Below, piece by piece: positions 19,981 through 29,733 of a stretch of 64,000 nucleotides of DNA (positions within the stretch are counted from its first letter, which is position 1; every line of letters starts with the position of its first letter). Made by a program: the position numbers and the translations under genes. Location: NCBI GenBank assembly GCA_963847185.1, contig CAWJYV010000008.1, positions 96,001-160,000 of the forward strand, read 5' to 3'. The stretch comes from an uncultured Methanosarcinaceae archaeon. GTDB taxonomy: Archaea > Halobacteriota > Methanosarcinia > Methanosarcinales > Methanosarcinaceae. The notes beneath the pieces are model-generated. The model ran no database searches, was not told where the DNA came from, and saw only the letters and a program-made list of their open reading frames with translations.

Positions 19981-21168
19981 TTAGCTCCTTCTATTATTCT
20001 TATCCATCTTTTTCTTTTTCAGCGATTTTATTTTGGAAGCAGGCCCAGCCATACAAAAATTCAACAATAACCACTGTACATAATCTTTATGCTTCCTGTT
20101 GATTACTGCTTCATCCAGGTATTTATCCAGAATTTCGCTGTTATTAACAGCAAGTTCAAAAGTAGTTTCCGGAAAACGATGCATTACCCTTTCCAGTTTC
20201 AGGGAACTGGCAATAAAGCTTCCAAACTCCTTCCTGCATCGTGAATCGTATTTTTTAAGGTTACTTATTTTTCTATCGTACATCACAATATCGGAAACAA
20301 TTTCTGCAGCAAGCTGTCCTGACCGAATCGCATAGGCTATGCCCTCTCCGGAAAAAGCATCTACAAATCCTGCAGCATCACCGCTAAGAAGAAGTCTTGA
20401 ATTTACTGTTTCTCTTTTTATGCCACCTAGCGGGATAATGTGTGCACGGATAGGGAAACTACAGGAAAAATCATTTTCTTGCAGAAAATCAAGCATTGTC
20501 TTCTTTGGATGCTCAAGGTACTTGGCAGTTCCAATAACTCCTACAGAATAGTATCCTGCGTGAGGAAAAATCCAGCCGTATCCTCCACGTGTGATCCCGA
20601 AATGAATATCTATAGTCTCCGGAAGCCGACTCCTTATTGTTTCATCCCTGTCAGGTATTTCCGAAACGAGCCCCAGACCGTACTCTGTCCTCTTATCTTT
20701 TGACCTTACTTTATATTTAAGAGTTCCACCTGAGCCTTCGGCAATAAGAACAAATCTGCCCAGATAGGTATTATCCGTGGTTCTGACTTCAACACAATCT
20801 TCTTTTTCAATACAGTCCAGAACCCTTTCTCCGGTATGAACCTCAATTCCGGTTTCTCTTGCTTTTTCAAGTAGAAAATTGTCAAAAACTTTTCTGGAAA
20901 TTAAAAAAGCCAGATTACATTCTTTCTTGCTCTCTACAAAATGGTCCCTGTAATGAATCCTTATCTTTGAGATATTCTTCTCAATCAATGATTGAGGGAG
21001 TTTGAAGTCCAGACAAGATAAGGCATAGGAGGAGAGTGCCCCTCCACAGGGTTTGTACCTTGGAAAGTTTTCTTTCTCAAGCAAAAGGGTTGATAGCCCC
21101 TGTTTTCCGGCTGTTCTTCCTGCCGATGCTCCTGAAGGTCCTCCTCCAACTATTATTAGATCATACAT
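19981..21168 (-). CDS. Geranylgeranyl reductase family FAD-dependent oxidoreductase
   Basis: GGGPSG, RYKPCGG, GYGWIFP and GDAAGFVDAFSGEGIAYA motifs; start moved to MYDLII. Confidence 0.88.
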   Translation of the reverse strand: MYDLIIVGGGPSGASAGRTAGKQGLSTLLLEKENFPRYKPCGGALSSYALSCLDFKLPQSLIEKNISKIRIHYRDHFVESKKECNLAFLISRKVFDNFLLEKARETGIEVHTGERVLDCIEKEDCVEVRTTDNTYLGRFVLIAEGSGGTLKYKVRSKDKRTEYGLGLVSEIPDRDETIRSRLPETIDIHFGITRGGYGWIFPHAGYYSVGVIGTAKYLEHPKKTMLDFLQENDFSCSFPIRAHIIPLGGIKRETVNSRLLLSGDAAGFVDAFSGEGIAYAIRSGQLAAEIVSDIVMYDRKISNLKKYDSRCRKEFGSFIASSLKLERVMHRFPETTFELAVNNSEILDKYLDEAVINRKHKDYVQWLLLNFCMAGPASKIKSLKKKKMDKNNRRS

Positions 21169-21324
21169 ATTAAGACACCTTCTTATCCTTAGTTTGAAAT
21201 TTAAAAGGCACCAGCCCAAGATACTCCTTATAAGTAATCCTCTAATCGATAAGCTCAAGATATTTATCAAGCATTTTGCCGTTTGAAGTAAAAATCTTGA
21301 ATGTGCGATCCGGGAAACGATGAA

Positions 21325-21700
21325 TTATCTTTGAAAACATCCACAAGTGGCGGTATCTCCATCCAAGAATGTTCTCAAGCCAGTAATTTTCCTCTTAACA
21401 CCACCTGTTGGGACTTTTATGTCATGAAGTTTGTAATCCTCAATAAAACCATTATCTTTCAGGAACTTAAGCATTATCTTCTCTGGATGAAAAAAATCCT
21501 TAATAAACCCTCTAGTTTCTGCTGGATAGTGATTACTATTCGGAGGAACCCAATTATATTTGCCGCTTACAGCCCCAAAGTAAGGATCCACATTTTTTCC
21601 AAATCATCATCAATTTCTTTTTCTTTTGCAGGAATAACCATATCAAGAAAGCTTACTTTTTTTCGCAAATCTGCAATACTGATTTTCCTGCTTCTATACA
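21325..21700 (-). pseudogene. Degenerate geranylgeranyl reductase paralog fragment
   Basis: VDPYFG..GKYNWVPP...HPEKIMLKFL..N...VPTGGVKRK...LDGD aligns by eye to the neighbouring GGR (IDIHFG..GGYGWIFP...HPKKTMLDFL..N...IPLGGIKRE...LSGD); frameshift near 21593; upstream end approximate. Confidence 0.65.
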
Positions 21701-21857
21701 GGTTGGCGCTTGAAGAAAAAGTCTTAAAAATCACAGTCAGGGGGTTATATAGGATAAATAAAAAGAACAGCCCTGCTGACCCCTTTAACAGGATAAATCC
21801 TGGGAATCTGGTATCATTTACAGCATAAATTTGATCTTCCAGTATCTTTATCTCAAA

Positions 21858-22886
21858 TTACCTGTAACAAAGATTTAATAGTTTAAGGGGATTCTTACTG
21901 GATGTAACTGCATAATATTTAATGGGGTACATTAGAGGGCCTATCATTTCAGAAATTAGCCTATTTCTTTTTGAATGCTTCATTTTTTTAAGTAAATGTT
22001 CTTTTATCAAATCGTTATATGACTCCTTCTGTATTATGCTTCTTGCAGCAAGATTTGCACTCTGGAAGGCATATCTCATTCCAAATCCCCAGAGATAGTC
22101 CTGAAATCCCCCTGCTTCTCCAATTAACATTGCTCCTTTCTCATCATAATAATTTTTCTTTATTTCAAAATGCCCATAACCACCAAATTTTTTTCCGGCA
22201 GAAATCTCCTTTTCATCAAGAAAATCTGAAAAATAGTTAATTGTATTTTGAAGGAACTCTTCCGAACGAGAAACATCCTTGCGTCCAAAAACAGTTGCAA
22301 TCGTTCCGTGTCCGTTTTTGGTCAGGAGGTAGGAATAGAATCCTCTGGCTATATCCTGGCCAAAAGCCATATGATAACCCCTATCTACACTGGTATTAAA
22401 TTTGATTCCTCTTGCAAGGATATTTGGATTTCTGGGACCTGTTGCATTTACCTGAACAGGCAGTTCCCTCTCCTGCTTGTAACTTAAATGAATTTTCACT
22501 CCCAATTTTTCGGCCTGCTCAAGTAGGGCCTTATCCAGGCAGCCTTCTTTACGTCCCCTTCTCACCAGATAACAGGCATTTTTTCCTCTGATAGTTTTCA
22601 GTTTCCCTGAATAATGCATATCCAATTCCGAAAGTGGTTCATACTCAAAAGACAAATCAATGCCGTATGATTCTATCTGTCTCAGGACATCAACGTTTTC
22701 AGACCAGTTTTCTAACCCCTGCCAATCTTCGTTGAATCTCCTACCAACATAACTGCCCTTTTCATAAACATTAACTTTATAATCATTTTGACGAAGAATT
22801 ATCGCACATGCAAGGCCGCTTATACCTCCACCCATAATATTTATCTCTTCATTCAAATAAACACCTGCAGAGACTGGAGTTCCCAA
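21858..22886 (-). CDS. NAD(P)/FAD-dependent oxidoreductase (GGR-like)
   Basis: GGGISGL FAD motif; GEAGGFQDYLWGFGMRYAFQS; start uncertain. Confidence 0.8.
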   Translation of the reverse strand: MGTPVSAGVYLNEEINIMGGGISGLACAIILRQNDYKVNVYEKGSYVGRRFNEDWQGLENWSENVDVLRQIESYGIDLSFEYEPLSELDMHYSGKLKTIRGKNACYLVRRGRKEGCLDKALLEQAEKLGVKIHLSYKQERELPVQVNATGPRNPNILARGIKFNTSVDRGYHMAFGQDIARGFYSYLLTKNGHGTIATVFGRKDVSRSEEFLQNTINYFSDFLDEKEISAGKKFGGYGHFEIKKNYYDEKGAMLIGEAGGFQDYLWGFGMRYAFQSANLAARSIIQKESYNDLIKEHLLKKMKHSKRNRLISEMIGPLMYPIKYYAVTSSKNPLKLLNLCYR

Positions 22887-23322
22887 ATATTTATATTTTT
22901 CTTTTGTAACCGGTCAGCCTGCAGAAAATTAATTGAACGATGACTATTTTTCGTAATGGACAAGTCTAATTACTTCGAAGAAAAGAGAAAAAACATGATG
23001 AATAGCCAAAATTTGAAGAAAATCAGCTCATAAAAATTTGCTCGTTTGATCTTAATAATGAAGGCAATTTATATTGTTTTATCTAGGCTGAATAGTTACA
23101 CGTGGTCTCCCTATATGTGATTTCTGTTGAGGAAGATAAGGTTCTATGGATTCCCATAGAACGTCATCTACTTCAGAGAAGGATATAAAAGTAAATATAT
23201 AATTTTAACATAATATTACTTTTGGGATGAGCTCTTATTTTATCAAACAATTTATAATACTATTTTTCAGATATAGACCCTTGATATTTGAAAAGTAAAT
23301 AATAAATTCCGAAAAAACGAAT

Positions 23323-23952
23323 TCAGTTATGGGGAGAGTTAAAAGTTTCAAAAGCATTCAAAACCTTCTGGTAATTTACTTCTGTTCCGAAACAGCCGTC
23401 TCTTTCCATAGGAATACCATAGCTTACAATCCCTTTTCCTTTGAGAGCACGCATGACTTTGTTGATTTCATAGTCGCAGGCAATAATAAGAACACCATCC
23501 GAAGCCTCCATTTTGAGTATGTTTTTTACATAGGAGGAGCCTGTAAGAACAAATACTTTGTATCCGTACTTCTCAGCATCTTTTTTTAACTGAGTAAAGA
23601 CACATTTTCCGCAGGATTTACACTGTATTCCTGTCTGAGTAGAATAAGCCGGACAGTCAAGGCTTCGCATACAATGAGGAGCCATTATAATTCTTTTTTT
23701 TGTCTTTGTAAAAGCAGATTTATAAGCTTCGTTTTTTAGAGAAGCCATCCATTTGTCCAGAACACGGGTATCTGAAAATTTAAGGAAAATTTGCCTTAGA
23801 GGCAGATAAAAGAAATCGAGTATATTTGCATAAAATCCTGCCAGATGAACCCTTTGTGTGAGACTTCTTTTGCTAACAATCAGAGCTATGCTTGAGAGAG
23901 TAAGGGATGCGATGATAATAAAGAAAAGTGCTTTCCCAATGACGTTATACAT
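23323..23952 (-). CDS. DUF116 domain membrane protein
   Basis: PHCMRS..CPA, CKSCGKC, IIAC and GCFGT Cys motifs; N-terminal TM. Confidence 0.8.
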   Translation of the reverse strand: MYNVIGKALFFIIIASLTLSSIALIVSKRSLTQRVHLAGFYANILDFFYLPLRQIFLKFSDTRVLDKWMASLKNEAYKSAFTKTKKRIIMAPHCMRSLDCPAYSTQTGIQCKSCGKCVFTQLKKDAEKYGYKVFVLTGSSYVKNILKMEASDGVLIIACDYEINKVMRALKGKGIVSYGIPMERDGCFGTEVNYQKVLNAFETFNSPHN

Positions 23953-24586
23953 TGCACATCTCCATTTTTTGAATTATTTCCTCAACATTAGCTTCAGTAT
24001 TGAAGCAACCGTCTTTGAGAAGAAGAACGCCCTGAACAGGAACGAATGATGCAGCTTGCATATTTTCAGAAAGCTCATTGTAGCAGGCGACTCCCAGACA
24101 GGCTTCAGGCCTGTATTCCTTAAAAATTTTTTTTACGAAACTTCCCCCAGGAACTACGAAAACCTTGAAATTGTATCTGTCCGCAGCCTCAGAGAGTTTT
24201 GAGATATCACAAAGTCCGCAGCGTTTGCATTCATAACCATGAACAGGATCGCACCTTGCCTTACAGCTGGGATGGCGTAAACACTGAGGAAGAAGTAGAA
24301 TTTTCCTGCCTTTGGTATGCAGAAAATCATCGTACATAACAGCATTCCTTACATCAATAAGGATGTCATCAACAAGGGTCTCTCTTATCCTGAAAACCTT
24401 GCAGAGCCACTTTGCAGGGGAATAGAAAAGATAAAGTGTAAACAACACGAATCCCGGAAAAATAATTCTGTGATTTTTAAATGAATAAGCTCCTATGATC
24501 AGTGCAATCCCTGTGCCTGCAAGAGCAAAAAGTAAAAGGTATACGAATACTTTTCCGAGGAATTCGTAAGGGATATACATGTTCAA
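23945..24586 (-). CDS. DUF116 domain membrane protein
   Basis: PQCLRH..CKA, CKRCGLC, GVAC and GCFNT motifs; paralog of the downstream gene. Confidence 0.8.
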   Translation of the reverse strand: MNMYIPYEFLGKVFVYLLLFALAGTGIALIIGAYSFKNHRIIFPGFVLFTLYLFYSPAKWLCKVFRIRETLVDDILIDVRNAVMYDDFLHTKGRKILLLPQCLRHPSCKARCDPVHGYECKRCGLCDISKLSEAADRYNFKVFVVPGGSFVKKIFKEYRPEACLGVACYNELSENMQAASFVPVQGVLLLKDGCFNTEANVEEIIQKMEMCNV

Positions 24587-24773
24587 GGGGAGGGAAGTTT
24601 CAGTATTTAAGTTTTACTATAAAATCGTGTAAATAAAGGATCCATGATATGAGACCAAAAATCAAGAATAAAAAATCAAAAATCAGAAACAATAATAAAA
24701 AATCAAGAAATAATATTAAAAATCGAAAATAAAGAAATGGGAAAGCTGGAAAAGCCAGCTTTATTTTTTTTGG

Positions 24774-26003
24774 TTATTTAGTCTCAAGACCTAAGCCTTC
24801 TGCAACCAGCTCAATGACGTCCTCGACAACGAGGTCAACTTTGAGTGCATCTCTGCCATCCATCAGGTTTCTCTTACAGAATGGGCAGCAACTGGACACT
24901 ATATCTGCATCTGTTGCAACGGCGTCCTTAACTCTGGACTCTGCGACTGCCAGAGCAAGATCAGGAATACCTGCCTTTACACCACCGCCTGCTCCACAGC
25001 AGCGCTGGAATTCTTTTACTCTGTCCATTTCGACGAACTTGACGCCAGGAATGTGGGATAGCACATATCTGGGGGCATCAAAGACACCAACATGGCGGCC
25101 CAGGTGGCAGGGGTCGTGGTAAGTAACTGTCTTGTTAATAGGCTTTACCCATTTAATTTTGTCTTCCTTTATCAAACCTGCAAGGAACTCTGAAACGTGG
25201 ACAACCTCAAACGGCAGATCCTGACCGAGAAGTCTTGGCCAGTCCACTTTTGCGGCACGGAAACAGCCTGCACACGCAAAGAGGACTTTTTTGGCACCTT
25301 TCTTCTTGATTGCTTCGACATTATGTCTTGCAACCTCACGGGGTACATCATTGATATGCGCCTGGCCTGTCCTGATAAGGGCTGAACCACAGCACCATTC
25401 TTCTTCTCCAAGCATGGAGAACTTAATTCCTAGCTTGTTGAGTACACGTGAGGTTGCAAAGGCTAAAGCGAGTTGATTGTACCCTGCAGTGCAACCAGTG
25501 AAATAGACTATATCTGCTTTGTCTTCAATTTTCACGTCTGGGGGAACCCAGGCAAGCCTGTCTTTCTGGTCCTTCAGGTAAGGGTTATGGTACTGGCCAA
25601 TAAGTTTTGGGAACATGTTCTGCTTCCCATAAGGACCTATACCTTTCTTTACAAGGTTTGCCCTCAGGGCTTCCCATAGTTCCACGGTGTTGATTCCCGA
25701 TTCACAAACAGTTGCACAGATACCACAGGTGGTACAGCCGTGTACATCGTCTTTGAATTCTTCGAGTTGTGACTGAGGGATTTCCTCCGGACCAAAAAGC
25801 TTTGCTTTAACGCCGTAGGATTTGTTCATGTACTGCCTCCAGCGCAGGATCTTGTCTCTTGGAGCTAATCCTGGTTTCTGGCCGGAAGCGGCATAAGTCG
25901 GACACCATTTTACACATTCACCGCAGCGCGTGCAGGAGTCAAGCTCCATAAGCTGGACTGCGGTAAGATTCTTTGTATCGATTGAGGGGGTACGTTTTGC
26001 CAT
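24774..26003 (-). CDS. hdrD: Dihydromethanophenazine:CoB-CoM heterodisulfide reductase subunit D
   Basis: Two 4Fe-4S motifs (CTRCGEC, CTTCGIC) plus two CCG domains; start MAKRTP with GGAGG RBS. Confidence 0.93.
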   Translation of the reverse strand: MAKRTPSIDTKNLTAVQLMELDSCTRCGECVKWCPTYAASGQKPGLAPRDKILRWRQYMNKSYGVKAKLFGPEEIPQSQLEEFKDDVHGCTTCGICATVCESGINTVELWEALRANLVKKGIGPYGKQNMFPKLIGQYHNPYLKDQKDRLAWVPPDVKIEDKADIVYFTGCTAGYNQLALAFATSRVLNKLGIKFSMLGEEEWCCGSALIRTGQAHINDVPREVARHNVEAIKKKGAKKVLFACAGCFRAAKVDWPRLLGQDLPFEVVHVSEFLAGLIKEDKIKWVKPINKTVTYHDPCHLGRHVGVFDAPRYVLSHIPGVKFVEMDRVKEFQRCCGAGGGVKAGIPDLALAVAESRVKDAVATDADIVSSCCPFCKRNLMDGRDALKVDLVVEDVIELVAEGLGLETK

Positions 26004-26007
26004 GTGT

Positions 26008-26787
26008 TTATTCGCCTCCTTTATTTGCAAGGATTGCAAGAGGTGTGGCGATTACGTGAATATATTTGCTATATGGGATATATGCGATACAGAAGAACAG
26101 GGAGATTACTGAGTGGAAGAGAGCTGCTGGTGGTGCAGTTGCTGGGTCAAGCCCAAAGCCCCAGATAAATCCGGTCCTGATTCCATCGGCAACAAAACCT
26201 GAAATCGTGACCAAGAAAACTCCTCCAAGCAGGATCCAGTCATACATAATGGAAACTTCCCTGACTTCGGAAACAAACAGTCTTCTAACTAATGCAATGA
26301 GGACTCCTATAAGCAGGACGTATCCAAAGATATAGTTAGGGATGGAGAGTATTTCTCTAAATTCGGCAGGGGTAAACGGAAGTTCAATTCCGATCTTTTC
26401 AGTCATTTCGACTGCAAACATCATTCCTGAAAGAGCAAAAAGGGTCATCCAGCCTGCGAAGATAGTGAAGTGCATGAACCAGCGAAGAGGGCTTCTTTTG
26501 AGAATTCTTCTCTGGAAGAGAATGTCAAGAATGAGAACCTCTAAAATGGGCTTTCCATGATGATGAGATTCTTCTGTGACCTGTGCCCACCAGGTTTTAA
26601 GGAACCTGATAGCACTTCCCTTTTTTCCTTCCTGGGGCTCAAGGCCGTAACCTGTTACTCCTGATCCCCACTTCTGGAAGTTAATAATCATACCATATAA
26701 AAAGACCACAATGGCTATTGTGCTGAGTATCATTATCTGAACAAACGTAATTCTCAGTGCATCCGTGAGTCCAGAGAAATATGCCAT
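26008..26787 (-). CDS. hdrE: Heterodisulfide reductase cytochrome b subunit E
   Basis: Multi-TM; RWFMHFTIF and FHSVISL..KYIHV heme-ligand histidines; directly upstream of hdrD. Confidence 0.93.
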   Translation of the reverse strand: MAYFSGLTDALRITFVQIMILSTIAIVVFLYGMIINFQKWGSGVTGYGLEPQEGKKGSAIRFLKTWWAQVTEESHHHGKPILEVLILDILFQRRILKRSPLRWFMHFTIFAGWMTLFALSGMMFAVEMTEKIGIELPFTPAEFREILSIPNYIFGYVLLIGVLIALVRRLFVSEVREVSIMYDWILLGGVFLVTISGFVADGIRTGFIWGFGLDPATAPPAALFHSVISLFFCIAYIPYSKYIHVIATPLAILANKGGE

Positions 26788-27356
26788 TTCGCTGCTAATA
26801 ATTTCTTCCTCCTTTTATAGATAGGTCAAAAATTGAGAATTAATACTGCTTTAGGATTGTCATATTAGTTACAGAACATCAATAACAGTAAAGACAGAAT
26901 GATAACCGTAGCGACTGTCTGTATAAGGTTTGAATAGTCTGTTAGTCTTTGTATCTATTATATTTAAACATTATCATTAATAATCAGTACATTGAAAAGC
27001 TCGCAAGAGCCGTTAAAATCACAGGCTTGTAAGTGATCGAGCATAAAAAGAAACTTTGAATTCAATAAATATAATGATATAATTATAATACACAGCTTAT
27101 AAATAAATCTTGTGGAAATGTTTTCAAAGGAATAGTAGAGAATTCAGCTGCAGAATAATGAAATGTGAATTCTTGAAATGAATAAGATTGATTTACAAAA
27201 ATAAATTAAATAAAACTAAGTAAATATAAAAAAGAAAATCTGGAAAAATTCTTTGATTCTGGATATTCTATTCTGGATATTCTATAAAGCTCTATCCAAA
27301 AATCCAATTTTTCCTAAGTTAATTTATTCTCAAATTAATCTGTCTAACAACGTAGG

Positions 27357-28034
27357 TTACAGTCCGACCTCGGCTTTAAATTTCTCAATTCCTATTTCGT
27401 CCAGTACTTCCCCAATTCTTCTCTTTTTTCCGTATCCCTTATAGAAGGTAATTATCTTATCAACAAGATCCAGTACCCGCTCTTCGGAAAGATCCTTCGC
27501 TACTATATCTCCGAGCCTTGGACGTGGTCCTGCACTTCCTCCAACTGACAGAGTATATCCTTTGGGAGTGCCCATGATTCCTATGTCTTTTATGCTCGGT
27601 TCGGAACAGGAATTCGGACAACCCGAAACCGCCATCTTGAATTTAGAAGGAAGCTGCATTCCATGGTATTTTTCATCAAGTTTCAGGCCAAGCCCTACTG
27701 CATCCTGCTTTCCTCTTTTACAGAAGGTGGTTCCAGGACAGATTTTTACGCTGCGAACGCAGAGTCCTATAGCAGCTCCTGGCTTCAGACCCAGCTCTCC
27801 CCAGGCAGCATCCAGATCCTCTTCTTTTAGCCCCACAATTGCAATTCTCTGGGCAGAGGTAATTTTGAGGGCTGCAGCCCCATATTTCTCTGCAATATCA
27901 GCTATCTTTCTCAGAGTCTCTGGATATACAATTCCCCCGGGAATATGTGGAGCAATTGCGTAGGTCTCTCCATCTCTTTGCAAAATTGCAGCCTTCTCAG
28001 GAAGGTCCCCCTTAACGTATTCTTTGCTTACCAT
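27357..28034 (-). CDS. Small nitrite/sulfite reductase-like siroheme 4Fe-4S protein
   Basis: CPGTTFCKRG and SGCPNSC motifs. Confidence 0.85.
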   Translation of the reverse strand: MVSKEYVKGDLPEKAAILQRDGETYAIAPHIPGGIVYPETLRKIADIAEKYGAAALKITSAQRIAIVGLKEEDLDAAWGELGLKPGAAIGLCVRSVKICPGTTFCKRGKQDAVGLGLKLDEKYHGMQLPSKFKMAVSGCPNSCSEPSIKDIGIMGTPKGYTLSVGGSAGPRPRLGDIVAKDLSEERVLDLVDKIITFYKGYGKKRRIGEVLDEIGIEKFKAEVGL

Positions 28035-28929
28035 ACTTTTACACTCTCCTGTATAGCATTCATTTTCGTTTCAGAACTTAATTGATTTAACTGCTATTTT
28101 TTATTCAGGACCTTATCTATCCTAAAACAATATAGAAATTGGAAGTTTCTGTCATTCTTCCGCATTCTGAAGATATATTTTCAAATTACGGAAATATATC
28201 TTAGATCCTGAGTGGATATTTGCTTGAACCAATATAAGTTAAATGTCCAATATAAATTTGATGTTTACAATTACATGTCTAGCGAAGAATAGTATAAAAA
28301 GAAGTATAGACAAATAAATTAGGCTAGATCGGTTTATGATCTCAATAGTATAAAAAGCGGGCCAGAAAAGAGCAGACCAGAATCAGGACTTTAAATTAAG
28401 CAAGACCTAAAATATTAAAACAGATCAAGAGACATGTTCTTTTTATTTTCATCGAAGATGCTCGCTTTTTTCTTTCTGTAACTAATATAGCGTCAGCGAT
28501 AAAATATCGTATAAATTCGATTACAACCATTCAGAGTTTTTCAATTCTTGATGATTGAAGAGACAATAATTCTCCCCCGAGTAATTGACTTACCGGTCTC
28601 CTTCAAAAATTGCTGGATTTTAAAATCGTTTTTATGAATTGATTGTTAGAGACTGTGGACATAAGGAATAATAAGGGTGTCTAAAAGTTATAATGTTTGG
28701 AACTCAATCAGATCCAAAAGAGGCGATTGGGGTCAAAAATTTAAATCGTCCAAAAGACGATTGAATTTCGCAGTAAAAGTATGCTAAAAAAGAACTAAAA
28801 AAGAAGGTTCTGTGCAATCTTTGGAAGTTGAACAACTATCTTGGTCTGATACTAAGTAAAAAACACTCAAATCTATAAATTTATTTTTATAATATTCTCA
28901 AGAATGGACACAGTAAAAAATCTCTAAAT

Positions 28930-29056
28930 CGGAATTACGCGGTTGAAGGATGAAATCAATTACAAGCAACCTCATCGAAAAACATCATCTGAATCCTTAG
29001 ATTTTAACAGTTATGTCTCTATTGTTGCTGTTTTTCATTTCGACTGTGTAAGTCCT
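28930..29056. mobile_element. Degenerate MITE-like element
   Basis: Imperfect inverted ends CGGAATTACGCGGTTGAA / reverse complement AGGACTTACACAGTCGAA (13/18 match); no ORF. Confidence 0.45.
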
Positions 29057-29109
29057 ACTTATAATATTTCACGATCCAGCTATTTCAATTAATAAATTAA
29101 AATCATTTC

Positions 29110-29733
29110 ATGAGGGGTTCTACTTTGACCGAAATAGATGTAATCTTAGACGATTATCGCAGCAGCTACGGGAAAACGGCTGAAGAAATCCGCGAAGGCA
29201 TGGATGAAGGCTTCAGCGAAGGGTATAGAGAAGGTATAAAGCAGGGATTCATAGACGGCGTAAAAGAGTGCATGGCTACGGGCTTTAACAACATCGAAGT
29301 GAAAAGTACAGAAGAGACTCTTAAATGTGCCTTTGAGACAGCCTCAGATGAGGCTGTAAATGTCTCGATTACTCAGGCTGTCAGTAGAAAATACAGGGAG
29401 AAAATTGGTCCTTCTTTTAAGAAGAAAATGGAAGAGGCATGTAATAACGTAGTCGAAGATATAAGAAAGGCTGATTTCGAGATGGAGAAAATTTATGCTT
29501 CCGAATTAAAAATTTGTGTTGATGCTTCAGTTAAAAAGATTAAGGAGTGCATCGACAGTGCATTTGAAGGTATAAAAGAAAATCTCCCGGAAAATTTGGT
29601 ATTCGGGAGCATTTTCAACGGCTTGCAGGATGGTTTTGATAACGACCTTGAGGAAAAATTGAAAGCTTGCGAGATAAGGATCTGCAAAGAGATTGACAAC
29701 AAAATCTGCAACAGACAGGTGGATTATGAGTGA
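29110..29733 (+). CDS. Hypothetical helical protein with FliH-like GxxxG repeats
   Basis: EGMDEGFSEGYREGIKQGFIDG repeat; stop overlaps the next start. Confidence 0.7.
   Translation: MRGSTLTEIDVILDDYRSSYGKTAEEIREGMDEGFSEGYREGIKQGFIDGVKECMATGFNNIEVKSTEETLKCAFETASDEAVNVSITQAVSRKYREKIGPSFKKKMEEACNNVVEDIRKADFEMEKIYASELKICVDASVKKIKECIDSAFEGIKENLPENLVFGSIFNGLQDGFDNDLEEKLKACEIRICKEIDNKICNRQVDYE

Noticed and set aside
21301-21828. 175-aa plus-strand ORF
   Set aside because: No recognisable motifs; it is the shadow of the minus-strand GGR remnant
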